Assembly: GCA_963799845.1 (NCBI GenBank) | Contig: CAWCYI010000004.1 | Location: 128,001 to 192,000 of the forward strand | DNA length: 64,000 nt | Source of the DNA: an uncultured Nitrososphaerota archaeon | GTDB lineage: Archaea > Thermoproteota > Nitrososphaeria > Nitrososphaerales > CADDZS01 | Reading direction: 5' to 3' | In this document: piece after piece, positions 50,445-60,357 of the stretch | Layout: each line of letters starts with the position of its first letter | Position numbering within the stretch: the first letter of the stretch is position 1 | Program-made: the position numbers and the translations under genes | The notes under the pieces: generated by a model | What the model was told of the DNA's origin: nothing | What the model saw: only the letters and a program-made list of their open reading frames with translations | The model's database searches: none

Positions 50445-52766
50445 CTAATCAAGTTCTTGAAAAAACGTGAGATATTGGGAAGGTACATAGTACTTACGCA
50501 TGTCATCTAACCTATGTAATCGCTCCTTTTTCTCAAGCTGGTACATAGATGAAAGCTCGCCAAGCTCTATTCTAATTTCTTTCTCCGTATAATTTAGCTT
50601 CTCTGCCAGTTGCTTCGGGGAAAGCGGTCCACTTCTTGCAAGGGCTTCTAAGATCGATTTCTGGCGAGAAGGGATTTCCAAAAACTCTGCTTTCGTCCAT
50701 ACTGAAGGGATTGTCTCTGATTTTTGCGGTAACGTGAGCGAATCCGGGACAGAATTGTCTTTCTTCAACTCATCTTCCTGTTGACGCAGGCTTGCCTTTT
50801 CGAATAATAGTTGCTTTACCAAATTAGGAGTAACTTCAAAAGTTTTAGATCTTCCCATTTGTAGAGCAATTCCTTCTAATATTCTGACAATGGATCTGAC
50901 GTTCCCCTGCGAAGCGAGAGCGATTGTTGATATGACTTCAGAGGACAATTTCAGAGTGGGAAGGAGTGATGCGGCAAGTTTCTCGACGTCTTCTGGCTTG
51001 AAGGGATCGAGTCTGAAAATGTAGGGTACTCTTTCAATGAAAGCTGGATATTGGTCGCGTATTCTTTCCACTAATGCAGGCGTCAGTAACAATATAATAG
51101 TGATTGGAGATTCAGAGATATAATTGAAGAAATAGGAAAACGTGGCTAGGGATCGGTTTGAACCCGCAGATGGCGCTATTTGCTCGAATTCATCAATGAA
51201 CAACACAATTCGTCTTACCTTGGCATCACCGAATTTCTCGACCAATCGAACTATCGTACTATAAGTGACGAAAGAACCAGGTTCATCCGAGCCAGGGTAC
51301 CTAGATCTAGTGGCGGCAGAAAGAAGCCCGGGTGACAGAGTTATACCTCTTCTCAACAGCTCGCTCACTAGTTCTGAAGCCAGCTTCGCAATGGTTTTGG
51401 TTGGTGACTTTTGAGATTCGACAAATATTGAAAAACAATCCCCAAAAGCCCCTTCATTTATCTTGGATTGGAAGAAACGTGCCATACTAGTCTTGCCTGA
51501 ACCATAGTCACCTTCAATAATGGCGATTTTGGCCCCTTCACGGAAAAAGGAAAGGAATGATCCGAAAGATCGCTTGAATTCTTCTTCGTTAACCAGCATA
51601 CTCTCACGAATCTTGGCAGCCGTGAAAGGATGGGCAGCTGCAGTAGGATTCGGAAGAATCACCTGATCCCGATATCGTTCACGGTTGGCTTTCATTATGT
51701 TGAATCGGGATTCCAAAAATTCTCTTCTTTCTTCGAGCTTTTCAATAAGATGCTGTGCTTCCTTAACCATGGAGTCTATCTCAATACTTTTTTCAGTGTT
51801 GAATCGAAGTTCCTGAAGCGACGATCTAATCTCTTCCTGCAACTTTGAAAGCGCTACACGGTTACGTCTTGTTTCCTCAGCGATCCCTTGGAGGTCTTCC
51901 ATTAGCATACTAGAATTTGTGGAGCCTTTGATTGAATTGAAGTCAAATTCGAAGGATCGTAACCAATTTTGGGATTCAGCCACTTTGTTCTCAAGGTAAT
52001 CAAGAAATCTTTGAATTTCGCGATTTTTCCGATGGGTTAGCTCTATACCTCTTTCCAATCGGTCAATGATGTCTCTCGCGTCTTCTTCAAGAAATGGCTT
52101 CGAAGAGTAGTTCACCAGCTCAGCACCAGCCTTTTCTCTTATCGCGTCGCGCAAATAATCCTCGAAATCAAATGTGCAAACAATCATTGCCATGTCGTAG
52201 TTTCTGTCTGCGAAGTTCTCACGGAACTTGTTCACGAAGTCCGAAGTTAGATTTCTCTTATCACTGATCACCTGGATTAGACATCGGAATCCTTTAGGAG
52301 TAACAACAACTAACTCTGAAACAGACCCCTCAAGGGTAACCTGACTTTCTATTTTGAGGCCAAGCTTCTCAAAGGACTGTTTGATTTCAAGAAGAATAGC
52401 TCTATCGTATCCGTAAGCTTGAGTATTTGCGAGTGTATTCATGTAGTATTCCGCTTCCTTCATACTCTCACGCGCACGTTGGGCCAATTTTGCATAGATA
52501 CCTGGGGAGGGACGGTAACGGACTGGATTATCTCCGGTCTTCTCGACGAATGCCTTGTTCTCTAGAACCGAAAGGATGTCATAGGTCTTGGCCCGAGGGA
52601 TCCCAGTTAAGTCGGCAATTTCAGGAGGACTTTTTGGTCCACCTGCAAGACCTGCTAAAGCTTTAAGCTCATATTCACTTATGTCCAAGACCCTACCTAA
52701 CATATGCAAAGTATTGGGGTCGAAAGGTGTGCGGAGTGACATGTCCTTTTGTCTCTTCAGGGGCAA
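50445..52766 (-). CDS. Multidomain protein: TrmB HTH, REase-like fold, coiled coil, AAA+ ATPase, winged helix
   Basis: ISEYE..A..L..GIPRAKTYDILSVLENKAFV (TrmB); GDYGSGKT; LFIDEFEQ; SQGNVR; C-terminal HTH (LSPKQLAEKL). Confidence 0.75.
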   Translation of the reverse strand: MPLKRQKDMSLRTPFDPNTLHMLGRVLDISEYELKALAGLAGGPKSPPEIADLTGIPRAKTYDILSVLENKAFVEKTGDNPVRYRPSPGIYAKLAQRARESMKEAEYYMNTLANTQAYGYDRAILLEIKQSFEKLGLKIESQVTLEGSVSELVVVTPKGFRCLIQVISDKRNLTSDFVNKFRENFADRNYDMAMIVCTFDFEDYLRDAIREKAGAELVNYSSKPFLEEDARDIIDRLERGIELTHRKNREIQRFLDYLENKVAESQNWLRSFEFDFNSIKGSTNSSMLMEDLQGIAEETRRNRVALSKLQEEIRSSLQELRFNTEKSIEIDSMVKEAQHLIEKLEERREFLESRFNIMKANRERYRDQVILPNPTAAAHPFTAAKIRESMLVNEEEFKRSFGSFLSFFREGAKIAIIEGDYGSGKTSMARFFQSKINEGAFGDCFSIFVESQKSPTKTIAKLASELVSELLRRGITLSPGLLSAATRSRYPGSDEPGSFVTYSTIVRLVEKFGDAKVRRIVLFIDEFEQIAPSAGSNRSLATFSYFFNYISESPITIILLLTPALVERIRDQYPAFIERVPYIFRLDPFKPEDVEKLAASLLPTLKLSSEVISTIALASQGNVRSIVRILEGIALQMGRSKTFEVTPNLVKQLLFEKASLRQQEDELKKDNSVPDSLTLPQKSETIPSVWTKAEFLEIPSRQKSILEALARSGPLSPKQLAEKLNYTEKEIRIELGELSSMYQLEKKERLHRLDDMRKYYVPSQYLTFFQELD

Positions 52767-52804
52767 TTCTATTTATATACTTTAACGATAATGAAAATTT
52801 CTAG

Positions 52805-52870
52805 TTGTCACTGGCGAGACAACAGTTAAATATCCGGTTCTACAATATTGTCTCTGGCGAGACAACAGTT
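52805..52870. promoter_or_regulatory. Two direct copies of a palindromic 23-bp operator-like site
   Basis: TTGTCACTGGCGAGACAACAGTT (52805-52827) and TTGTCTCTGGCGAGACAACAGTT (52848-52870); TTGTC-N8-GACAA dyad; in the divergent promoter region. Confidence 0.7.
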
Positions 52871-52985
52871 GAACCATTCACAAATCAAGGGGCAGTCGAC
52901 TGCCATTAAAGTGCAAGAGTCCGCACTTGCTCAAAAGTCGACAGAAGCGGTCGCATCTTCACCTGCAAACTTCTGTCCAGAGGAG

Positions 52986-53510
52986 ATGAAAGACGTCGGA
53001 AGAACCCTGGCTGTGCCAGTACTTCAAGGAGAATCCCAATCGACATCACCTGACGCATTGCCGGTTATCTCTAGGGGAAGGGACGGAAAGATAATTTTCT
53101 TTGATAGAAATACGCCTCTTCACTATCGGTTGAAGCCCGGAATGATGGTGTCCGTCGAAATCATTCGTGACTTTCCAAACTATTCCATAGCTAGGCCCCT
53201 CAAGATGGAACAATCTATACATCAAAGTGATGATGCCCTAAATTCCCGAACTACCAAAAAACAGTCCCCTGTGCATCTCTTCGAAGTTTCGATAACTGTT
53301 TTGGGTCAAAAAACAGACTTGGCGACTGCCCATAAGATATTCGATGAAATGGCCTTATTCTTCGGAGATGAGGCCAACGAGTATTCTACCTCTGTTCCTG
53401 AACGAGATGAGACGAGGGATGAACAAGACGAGCTGCGCTCAGAATTCGTGGCATCCGCGGAACTAAGGCGAGCAGGCATGCTCGGAACGGAGAGAGCGGG
53501 ACAATGGTGA
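52986..53510 (+). CDS. Hypothetical protein with TRAM/OB-like segment
   Basis: GKIIFFD...LKPGMMVSVEII.DFPNYSIARP resembles TRAM; start uncertain (track gives 52848). Confidence 0.5.
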   Translation: MKDVGRTLAVPVLQGESQSTSPDALPVISRGRDGKIIFFDRNTPLHYRLKPGMMVSVEIIRDFPNYSIARPLKMEQSIHQSDDALNSRTTKKQSPVHLFEVSITVLGQKTDLATAHKIFDEMALFFGDEANEYSTSVPERDETRDEQDELRSEFVASAELRRAGMLGTERAGQW

Positions 53511-53794
53511 TGGAAATGAGCAACTCACGACCTGTGGAAGATATTGAATTGGATACCGAAACAAACGATCCATTCGACGGGGCAATCGACACAGTCATAG
53601 AGATCATGCGAGATATGAACAAAACCAACCCATCGTTGAAAATAGGTGTTGTCCTAACTCTTCTGATGAACACGAGCAGGAATCCGATCGAATCACTAGG
53701 AATACTTGAAATGGTAAAACAAGAATTGCACGGGATTGTGAACGATCATTCTAGAAGGACTTTCACCGAAAATGTCTTGTCATACATAGGGTGA
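53504..53794 (+). CDS. Small acidic helical hypothetical protein
   Basis: 96 aa ORF coupled to neighbours. Confidence 0.55.
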   Translation: MVMEMSNSRPVEDIELDTETNDPFDGAIDTVIEIMRDMNKTNPSLKIGVVLTLLMNTSRNPIESLGILEMVKQELHGIVNDHSRRTFTENVLSYIG

Positions 53795-53798
53795 GAAA

Positions 53799-55739
53799 AT
53801 GAAACGGGCAATAAGATATTCCCCCGAGCTTGCCAGGAAAATTGCGAAATCTGTAGTGAGGAATGATCCGATAAGATCTCTCGTTGAAATTTGTACTAAC
53901 AGCGATGATAGCTTCCACAGAATGAATAAGCCTGAATATTTGGGTCGGATCACGATTGGCATAAGTCGAGGAAGAGAGAATGCTACAATTTTGATTTATG
54001 ACAATGCTGAAGGGATGGATTCTGACACAATGGAGTACGCTGTTGGTGGATATGGATTCGAAACGAGCGGATTCAAAGAAGGAATGCGAGTTAGAGGACT
54101 TTTTGGAAGAGGCCTGAAGGAAGCAATACTAGGGTTAGGAGCAGGTCACGTGATTTCCATCAAAAACGGAATCTACTCCGAATGCCTGCTTGACGGCGAC
54201 GGTATTTTTGAGAACATGGAACCAAAAAAGGCAGCACCAAAAGACTTCAAGCAGCTCATGATATCTGAGAATGAAAATGGATATCTTGTACTAATAGAGA
54301 TGAAGGCTAGAGAGAACGATCTACACATCCCCCTTTTTGATACTTTGAGGGAAACTCTCCAAAAACATGTTAGCCTTCGTGATATCATGACCAGCCCGAG
54401 AAGGATTGTGAAACTTTGTGACATAAATTTGAATCGAGAAGAAATCTTGTCATATCGTTATCCGGTTGGTACATCGATTCACAAAGAGATGAACGTTGAA
54501 ATCCCAGGCTATCCTGACGGGAAGATTGATGTTGAGATTTTCAAGGCTGAGGAGGAACTATCTCAGGCTGAAGAAGGCTATACTCGTGACGGAGGATTAG
54601 TAATTCGTAGCGGCACGGCAATACATGATTCGACTTTGTTCCGCTATGATTCAGACAAGTACGCTCGCAAACTTTACGGCACGATTCGATGCGAATACAT
54701 TGACAAGCTCATTATTCAAGAAGAAGCTGTCATTTCTGATAAACGAGATGGTCTTGAGCTCAATCATCCGTTTGTGAAGGCGCTGAAGCTTCTCACCGAG
54801 GAGATTCTTGAACCCATTGTTGCAAAAGAGCGGCGTGAAGAAGAAGCAAACAAGAAACAGCTGGAAACAGCGAAAACTCAACAGAGATTTCAAAAAACCA
54901 TCGAAGAGCTGAACCGCATAGCAAATCAGGAATTGCGCACAGTTGAAGGACCCGTCGAGATTGCTGAGGGCAAGAAGCCTGATATTCCGTCCGCACCCCC
55001 ATCTATTACTTTCCAGTTTGGAATACCATTTGCGACTATAGTCACGGCGAAGAGAGAAACTCTTTACCTCAAAGCTTCAGTGCCCGTTGTCGTTGGAGAT
55101 GGTGTTCGGATTAATATCATGAGTGACAGTCCTGAAGTAATCGTTCTAGATCCGACTCAAACGGTCGAAGCAAACCAGTCTGTCAACGGCATCTGCACTT
55201 TCAAAATTCATGTAGAGGGTCGTCAAGTTGGCGCCACAGCTACAATAGCGGCTGATGCGTTGGCCTTGGGGCTAAGAGCAACCATGAAGGTCAAGGTAAT
55301 CTCTAAACGTATTACCCCGCCTCTTTCACCCTCGAAGCCGCCAAAGGCAGGTCTCTTCAAAGAAATAAGATTCAATGATGTTGATGGACCGACTCAGAGA
55401 GCATTCTATGATAGTAACACGGGAATAATAGAAATCTATACGAAGAGCGAGTCGGTTGGCATGTATTTGGGACCAAATGGAGAAAATCAGGAGAAACCTT
55501 ATGCTCAAGTTTTGGTCGCCGAGCTGATCGTAGATGTTTACTGTCGCTACCTTGCGAAACAAAAAGAAAAGAAAGGCATACTAGTCATTCTAAACGAAGC
55601 ATCAAAACTAGACCAAATAGATAGAGAGCATGAAAAACTCCGCTCTGAATACGCCACATTAATACACAAGTGCATAGTGGATTCTACGATACATCGAGAC
55701 AGTCTCGCAATTTCCAAGTTGGAGAGGATTTCCAAATGA
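53799..55739 (+). CDS. GHKL (MORC-like) ATPase
   Basis: Bergerat motifs EICTNSDD, DNAEGM, GLFGRGLK; S5-like region, coiled coil, beta-rich C-terminal domain. Confidence 0.85.
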   Translation: MKRAIRYSPELARKIAKSVVRNDPIRSLVEICTNSDDSFHRMNKPEYLGRITIGISRGRENATILIYDNAEGMDSDTMEYAVGGYGFETSGFKEGMRVRGLFGRGLKEAILGLGAGHVISIKNGIYSECLLDGDGIFENMEPKKAAPKDFKQLMISENENGYLVLIEMKARENDLHIPLFDTLRETLQKHVSLRDIMTSPRRIVKLCDINLNREEILSYRYPVGTSIHKEMNVEIPGYPDGKIDVEIFKAEEELSQAEEGYTRDGGLVIRSGTAIHDSTLFRYDSDKYARKLYGTIRCEYIDKLIIQEEAVISDKRDGLELNHPFVKALKLLTEEILEPIVAKERREEEANKKQLETAKTQQRFQKTIEELNRIANQELRTVEGPVEIAEGKKPDIPSAPPSITFQFGIPFATIVTAKRETLYLKASVPVVVGDGVRINIMSDSPEVIVLDPTQTVEANQSVNGICTFKIHVEGRQVGATATIAADALALGLRATMKVKVISKRITPPLSPSKPPKAGLFKEIRFNDVDGPTQRAFYDSNTGIIEIYTKSESVGMYLGPNGENQEKPYAQVLVAELIVDVYCRYLAKQKEKKGILVILNEASKLDQIDREHEKLRSEYATLIHKCIVDSTIHRDSLAISKLERISK

Positions 55740-56407
55740 AAAAAGAGAGTTTCGATGAAAACCAGTATGCATCGATAGGTTACGATGATCTTGTAACCTA
55801 TTCTGTATTTTCTCTTCAGAACAAAAAAGAGGAAGCAACTTTCGAAAATCTTGTGGTAGAATGTTACCATCTTTTTCCGAAGAGGTTTAGTTTAGTCGGG
55901 TATCCCCGATATCCAGACTCCGCTTTGGTAAACAAGAGCTGGTTGCGCTGTCGCACGGATAAGGGTTTGATTGAGGGAAACGTTGCCAACGGGTTCAAAC
56001 TAACAGCAGCAGGTCTCGCCATCGTAGAGAAGGTATCCCTTCTGTTGAAAGACAAAATGAGTAAGCCTTCTCTCGAAAAGAAGAAGGATGAAGAAAGGAG
56101 TCGAGCAAGCAAGTTCATCCAACATATCGATGCATCTGCAGCGTTTAGGAAATATGTTCAGAACAGCGAAAATCCTTCAATATCAGAATTTGAATTGAGG
56201 GACTTGTTACTCGGGACCATGCAAACTGAACCAGAACTGCTTCATGAAAATCTTGTAAAGCTTGCAGAGTACGCCAGAATAAAGGAGAGGGATGACATCT
56301 TATCTTTTCTTGGATATGTAGAGACTAGACTGAAGTCACAATTCAATCTCGAATCTCGTCCTCTTATGTATGAAGGCGGAATGAATAAGCGAAAAGTTCG
56401 ACGGTGA
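55736..56407 (+). CDS. Winged-helix protein coupled to the MORC ATPase
   Basis: ATGA overlap with upstream stop; FENLVVECYHLFP..FSL.GYP.YPD..GFKLTAAG. Confidence 0.65.
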   Translation: MKKESFDENQYASIGYDDLVTYSVFSLQNKKEEATFENLVVECYHLFPKRFSLVGYPRYPDSALVNKSWLRCRTDKGLIEGNVANGFKLTAAGLAIVEKVSLLLKDKMSKPSLEKKKDEERSRASKFIQHIDASAAFRKYVQNSENPSISEFELRDLLLGTMQTEPELLHENLVKLAEYARIKERDDILSFLGYVETRLKSQFNLESRPLMYEGGMNKRKVRR

Positions 56408-56414
56408 ATAACAA

Positions 56415-57392
56415 ATGTCTTCCCTAGATTCCCTATCTACCAAGGGTGTTACTCCAATACACATCCAATTGCTGAAGAAATTTCAAGTCCTCCAGGGTGA
56501 AACCATTACTAATAGTGAACAGATTAGAGGGCAAAAAGGTCGAGCACCTATACCCGCCGACTCACTTGTTTCAGTTCCTCACTATCTTCACAACCTAGTA
56601 AGAGGGGTCTACAAACCAAGAGGAGACAATTTCGCACTAGCGATTCAGCTCAATCCAAGCTCGTCATGGGGTACCGAAATCAACTTTTTTTCTAACAAAA
56701 AATGGTTGATTAGATATGACTTCCAGGATTCATCGAAATATGCTGGAGATATGCAATCTCTAAGAAACTGCCATGAACAGGATGTTCCAATTGGCGTAAT
56801 ATACAAAATGAAGAAGGCGACAAATCGCATACTCGGGCTGGGTCAAGTAGAGCAGATAATAGGTACTAAATTTACCATAGCCCCTTTTCAATTAGACAAG
56901 AAATCGACAATAGATATTGATGATCTCGCGCATTCCTTAGCTACTGAAGAGGTAGCCCAGGGAGACTTTTCTTCATCGGGAGGAAATAGATCGATTGTCG
57001 GCAGGCAGAAGATGCGATGGTTCCGCGAACAGTTAATGATCCAATACGAAAAGAAATGCGCATTTTGTAATTTATCATTTGAACCCTATCTAATAGGTTC
57101 GCACATAGTACCTTTTTCGTACATGCAGAAACATGACCCAAAAAACTCAATGAATCCTTCCGATGGAATACTTCTCTGCAGCTTGTGCGACAAAGCATTC
57201 GAGAGAGGAGACATTGTCATTCACCCTGATTACAAGATCGATACTTCAAAAGTTGGAAAACTTCTTCAGGAAGACAGAATTGCTGTTGCATGGCTTGGAA
57301 AAATAAAATCCACGTTGAATTTTTCAAGCATTGGAAAATTTCCAGCTAGCAAGAAGTATCTTAAAAAGAAGATCCTACTCAACTCTTCATAG
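56415..57392 (+). CDS. HNH endonuclease with putative SRA-like N-terminal domain (type IV restriction-like)
   Basis: CAFC..SHIVP..NPSDGILLCSLCDKAFE (HNH_2); N-terminal GVYKP..ALAI..Y..L..PIGV..ILGLG.V. Confidence 0.8.
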   Translation: MSSLDSLSTKGVTPIHIQLLKKFQVLQGETITNSEQIRGQKGRAPIPADSLVSVPHYLHNLVRGVYKPRGDNFALAIQLNPSSSWGTEINFFSNKKWLIRYDFQDSSKYAGDMQSLRNCHEQDVPIGVIYKMKKATNRILGLGQVEQIIGTKFTIAPFQLDKKSTIDIDDLAHSLATEEVAQGDFSSSGGNRSIVGRQKMRWFREQLMIQYEKKCAFCNLSFEPYLIGSHIVPFSYMQKHDPKNSMNPSDGILLCSLCDKAFERGDIVIHPDYKIDTSKVGKLLQEDRIAVAWLGKIKSTLNFSSIGKFPASKKYLKKKILLNSS

Positions 57393-57453
57393 AATGCACC
57401 TAACTTTATACTACCCATTGTTCAAACACTACTAGGATTCTCATGATGTTTCT

Positions 57454-58095
57454 TTGGATAACTACAAAATTCTAAGCACTATTTACGAGCTTTCCGTGAC
57501 CGAGGCAAGTCTGGTCGGACAGTCGGGAAGTTCATCTAAAAGTGGTCATACATTCGAAGATACGGTTGCACGAACAATCTATGATGTTTGCAATCAGATT
57601 GGTTATCAATGTAAGCCAGCTCGCTTTACTCCAAATCTTCCCACACTCTCCGGGATGAAACACCAATTCGATTGTTGGTTTGGTCGAGAGAATTTGGACT
57701 ACGTTGTGGAGTGCAAACGCAGAAAGATTGCAACGAAAGAACAGATTTACTATCTAAATGCGCGAATCATTGACTACATTCTCGGTCTCAGAAAAGTCGA
57801 TGGAAAAATGGATCGACGGATTAAGGGCGTATTTGTTTCCACAGCTCCTGTCGACGATAACTCACTCGCGTACTCCTTTGCGTATGGGATAACTGTCATT
57901 GAACCAATGTCTCCCCCAATTGAATGTCTGTTACTAGGATCTCATGATTCATCTTTAACAGATGCCCTAACGAGACTGCAAACTGTAGTTCCGAAATTCA
58001 ATCCAATCTTTGATGACAAATATGAAATAGAACCTTCGCCAGAGACTCTCGTCAAAGATTATAGGTACCTCATAAAACTCACGAAAGGAGTTTAG
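57454..58095 (+). CDS. PD-(D/E)XK restriction-endonuclease-like protein (Mrr-like)
   Basis: SGHTFE, SGMKHQFD, VVECKR. Confidence 0.8.
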   Translation: MDNYKILSTIYELSVTEASLVGQSGSSSKSGHTFEDTVARTIYDVCNQIGYQCKPARFTPNLPTLSGMKHQFDCWFGRENLDYVVECKRRKIATKEQIYYLNARIIDYILGLRKVDGKMDRRIKGVFVSTAPVDDNSLAYSFAYGITVIEPMSPPIECLLLGSHDSSLTDALTRLQTVVPKFNPIFDDKYEIEPSPETLVKDYRYLIKLTKGV

Positions 58096-58112
58096 GAACA
58101 GGAACCTCTCTG

Positions 58113-59099
58113 ATGGCGCGTGTTCCTAGAATTGCCAGATTAGAATTCATTACCGATTTTCTTGAAGGACTAAATGAGGGATTGGATGATGAGAAGTTAG
58201 AGCAAAAACTTGCCAGCAGAAAATTTGAATTTGAGCGTGAGAAATATAGAGCCCTAGGCAGAGGTGCTCCCTTCAGTGAAAAACAAAAGAAGGTGCTTTC
58301 GGTTGGAAGATTCAAACTTTCGGATTGCGAAAAAATGTGCTCGATACTCGGGCTAATTTATTCCAATGGAAGATTCAAACTATCTGATATGGGGAATCGC
58401 ATCTTAAGGTTGAAATCGCGTGAACAAAGAGATGAGTTCGGATCCTTATTTCTCAATAATTTTCTGGAATTTGCAAATTTTCTATTGCAACTTAATATTT
58501 CGTCTGGTAAAGAGTTATCACTTCCGGACATCAGACACAGTTCAAGTAAGCAGCTTTTCGGTGAACTAGCCAAGTCATTCGGTATTGACCTCGATGCCAT
58601 ATCATTCAATCATATGCGGGATCTGTTGAGTCAAATTGGATACATTAATTGGTATCCGGAGAAGAGTGAGAACGAAGTCTGGTCAAAGACCTATTTGACA
58701 TGTCAAGTCCATCTATTAGAAAAAGGACACCGCGGTACGGATAAACTTCCAACCTTTGTGTACAATTCAAATCATTATTCCGTGGAACTCAATGATTGTA
58801 GTGCGGAAGTTTTCTCGATAACCGCATGGGAAGAATACATGCAAGCTGCAAAAGACGTGCAGTGGAAACCTGTTTTTTACGCCGACCTCAGGGCAAGGAC
58901 CTGCGAACGACTTCGAATCTGTGACGAGATATTTGATTCGCATCTCTTCGAATTGCTTCGCGATCCATCAAAATTCAAAACAGTGTGGTCTGGTGGGACG
59001 ATACCTCGCAGCGTTGATTCAGCAAGCCTCCTTAAGAATCTCCCACCTCATGCTACTGAGGATGATTACATGGTCTATCTGATGATAGGAAGGAACTAG
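58113..59099 (+). CDS. Hypothetical protein, probable tandem winged-helix
   Basis: LGLI...FKLSDMG and LLSQIGYINW wH-like segments; operonic. Confidence 0.55.
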   Translation: MARVPRIARLEFITDFLEGLNEGLDDEKLEQKLASRKFEFEREKYRALGRGAPFSEKQKKVLSVGRFKLSDCEKMCSILGLIYSNGRFKLSDMGNRILRLKSREQRDEFGSLFLNNFLEFANFLLQLNISSGKELSLPDIRHSSSKQLFGELAKSFGIDLDAISFNHMRDLLSQIGYINWYPEKSENEVWSKTYLTCQVHLLEKGHRGTDKLPTFVYNSNHYSVELNDCSAEVFSITAWEEYMQAAKDVQWKPVFYADLRARTCERLRICDEIFDSHLFELLRDPSKFKTVWSGGTIPRSVDSASLLKNLPPHATEDDYMVYLMIGRN

Positions 59100-59106
59100 A
59101 CCTCTT

Positions 59107-60345
59107 ATGTTGGATTATTCTTCTCTTGCTCTAAAAGACAACCCGTTTCCCGAGAATCCCTCAGTTGACATTACATCAAACGATGACCGCATAAATGGAA
59201 GGATCTTCTATGAAGGTATCTTCCCAGAGGAACTTGAGAAGATAAGAAGTCGCATTGATTCAAGAACTAATATGGTCTACATTCGCGGTTTACAATTTAC
59301 CAGAGGGGTTGGTAAGACTGCCATACTTGCCCATGTATGGAAAGAAATTAAACAGAATCCGAAAGTTTTCACGGCCTTCATCAAATGTCTTGATGCCTCT
59401 CCCACAAACAAGCCTGATGGGTTTTGTTCAGTCGTTCTAAGACACTTGCATGAACAGGGTTATCTCTGGGCAGCTTTCTGGAAAATAATGCTTGTATTCG
59501 CCGATGAAAAAAAGTCTGCCACTTTTGGTAAGGATGATTTTCAGAAGGTCCTAAAAGATCATCCGCTTCCAACAGACAACGATATTCATCTGTCATGGTA
59601 TACTTATGTCCCAAACTTAGAAAAATTTACGAAGGAAGTTGCAAAGTGGCTCCAACGCAAATACAAAGTGAGCGAGTTTACTTCACTTTTGCTTACGGAG
59701 AGTTACTTCGCAAATCCGAATTCCATTGAAAAGAAACTTTCCGTGAGAACGATCGATCACATCGTTCTCTATGGTGATATGTTGACTCTTCTCAGAGAAG
59801 GCGGCTTTGATTGGGGATATATTTTTCTCGATAATTTCGAAGATTCGGTGACCTCTCGTACGACCAGGATTGAAGATCTGAGTATTGGAATGCGGCGAAT
59901 GATCGAGATGAGTTCAGGGAAAGCGTCGATTCTTGTAACCCTTCATCCGGATTCCAGTATGAGACTAGATGCTCCCGAGTCTAAGAGCTTGCAATCCATC
60001 GCCCCATTAGACGAGAAACGCGTGATTCCGGTTAACGTACTGGATTTAAAAAATAAACTCGTGGTGCCGTTAGCAGCAGAATACATCAGAGACTTTCGAC
60101 AAGGAGCTGTGCCTTACGAAACGTACCCGCTCGAACCCGATGTTATCAGATACGTCTGCTTTCTCAAACAAGGTAACTTGAGGGCGATCTTGCAACAACT
60201 GCACGAGTGCATAGAGCAAGCCATCAAACTGGATAAGAAGGTAATAGACATGAATCTCTTAAAAGAGAATCATAACTTGATGATGGGAAAACAAATCAAT
60301 GAAAAAAGTCTTCAAGAATTTGAAACAATTCTAAAACAAGGGTAA
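59107..60345 (+). CDS. AAA+ P-loop ATPase (ExeA/TnsC/Orc-like)
   Basis: LKDNPFP, RGVGKT, IFLDNFED, GNLRAIL. Confidence 0.8.
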   Translation: MLDYSSLALKDNPFPENPSVDITSNDDRINGRIFYEGIFPEELEKIRSRIDSRTNMVYIRGLQFTRGVGKTAILAHVWKEIKQNPKVFTAFIKCLDASPTNKPDGFCSVVLRHLHEQGYLWAAFWKIMLVFADEKKSATFGKDDFQKVLKDHPLPTDNDIHLSWYTYVPNLEKFTKEVAKWLQRKYKVSEFTSLLLTESYFANPNSIEKKLSVRTIDHIVLYGDMLTLLREGGFDWGYIFLDNFEDSVTSRTTRIEDLSIGMRRMIEMSSGKASILVTLHPDSSMRLDAPESKSLQSIAPLDEKRVIPVNVLDLKNKLVVPLAAEYIRDFRQGAVPYETYPLEPDVIRYVCFLKQGNLRAILQQLHECIEQAIKLDKKVIDMNLLKENHNLMMGKQINEKSLQEFETILKQG

Positions 60346-60357
60346 GCTTTCAGTAAA

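Noticed and set aside
52805-52870. Mini CRISPR array
   Set aside because: Only two repeats with a 20-nt spacer and no cas genes or leader
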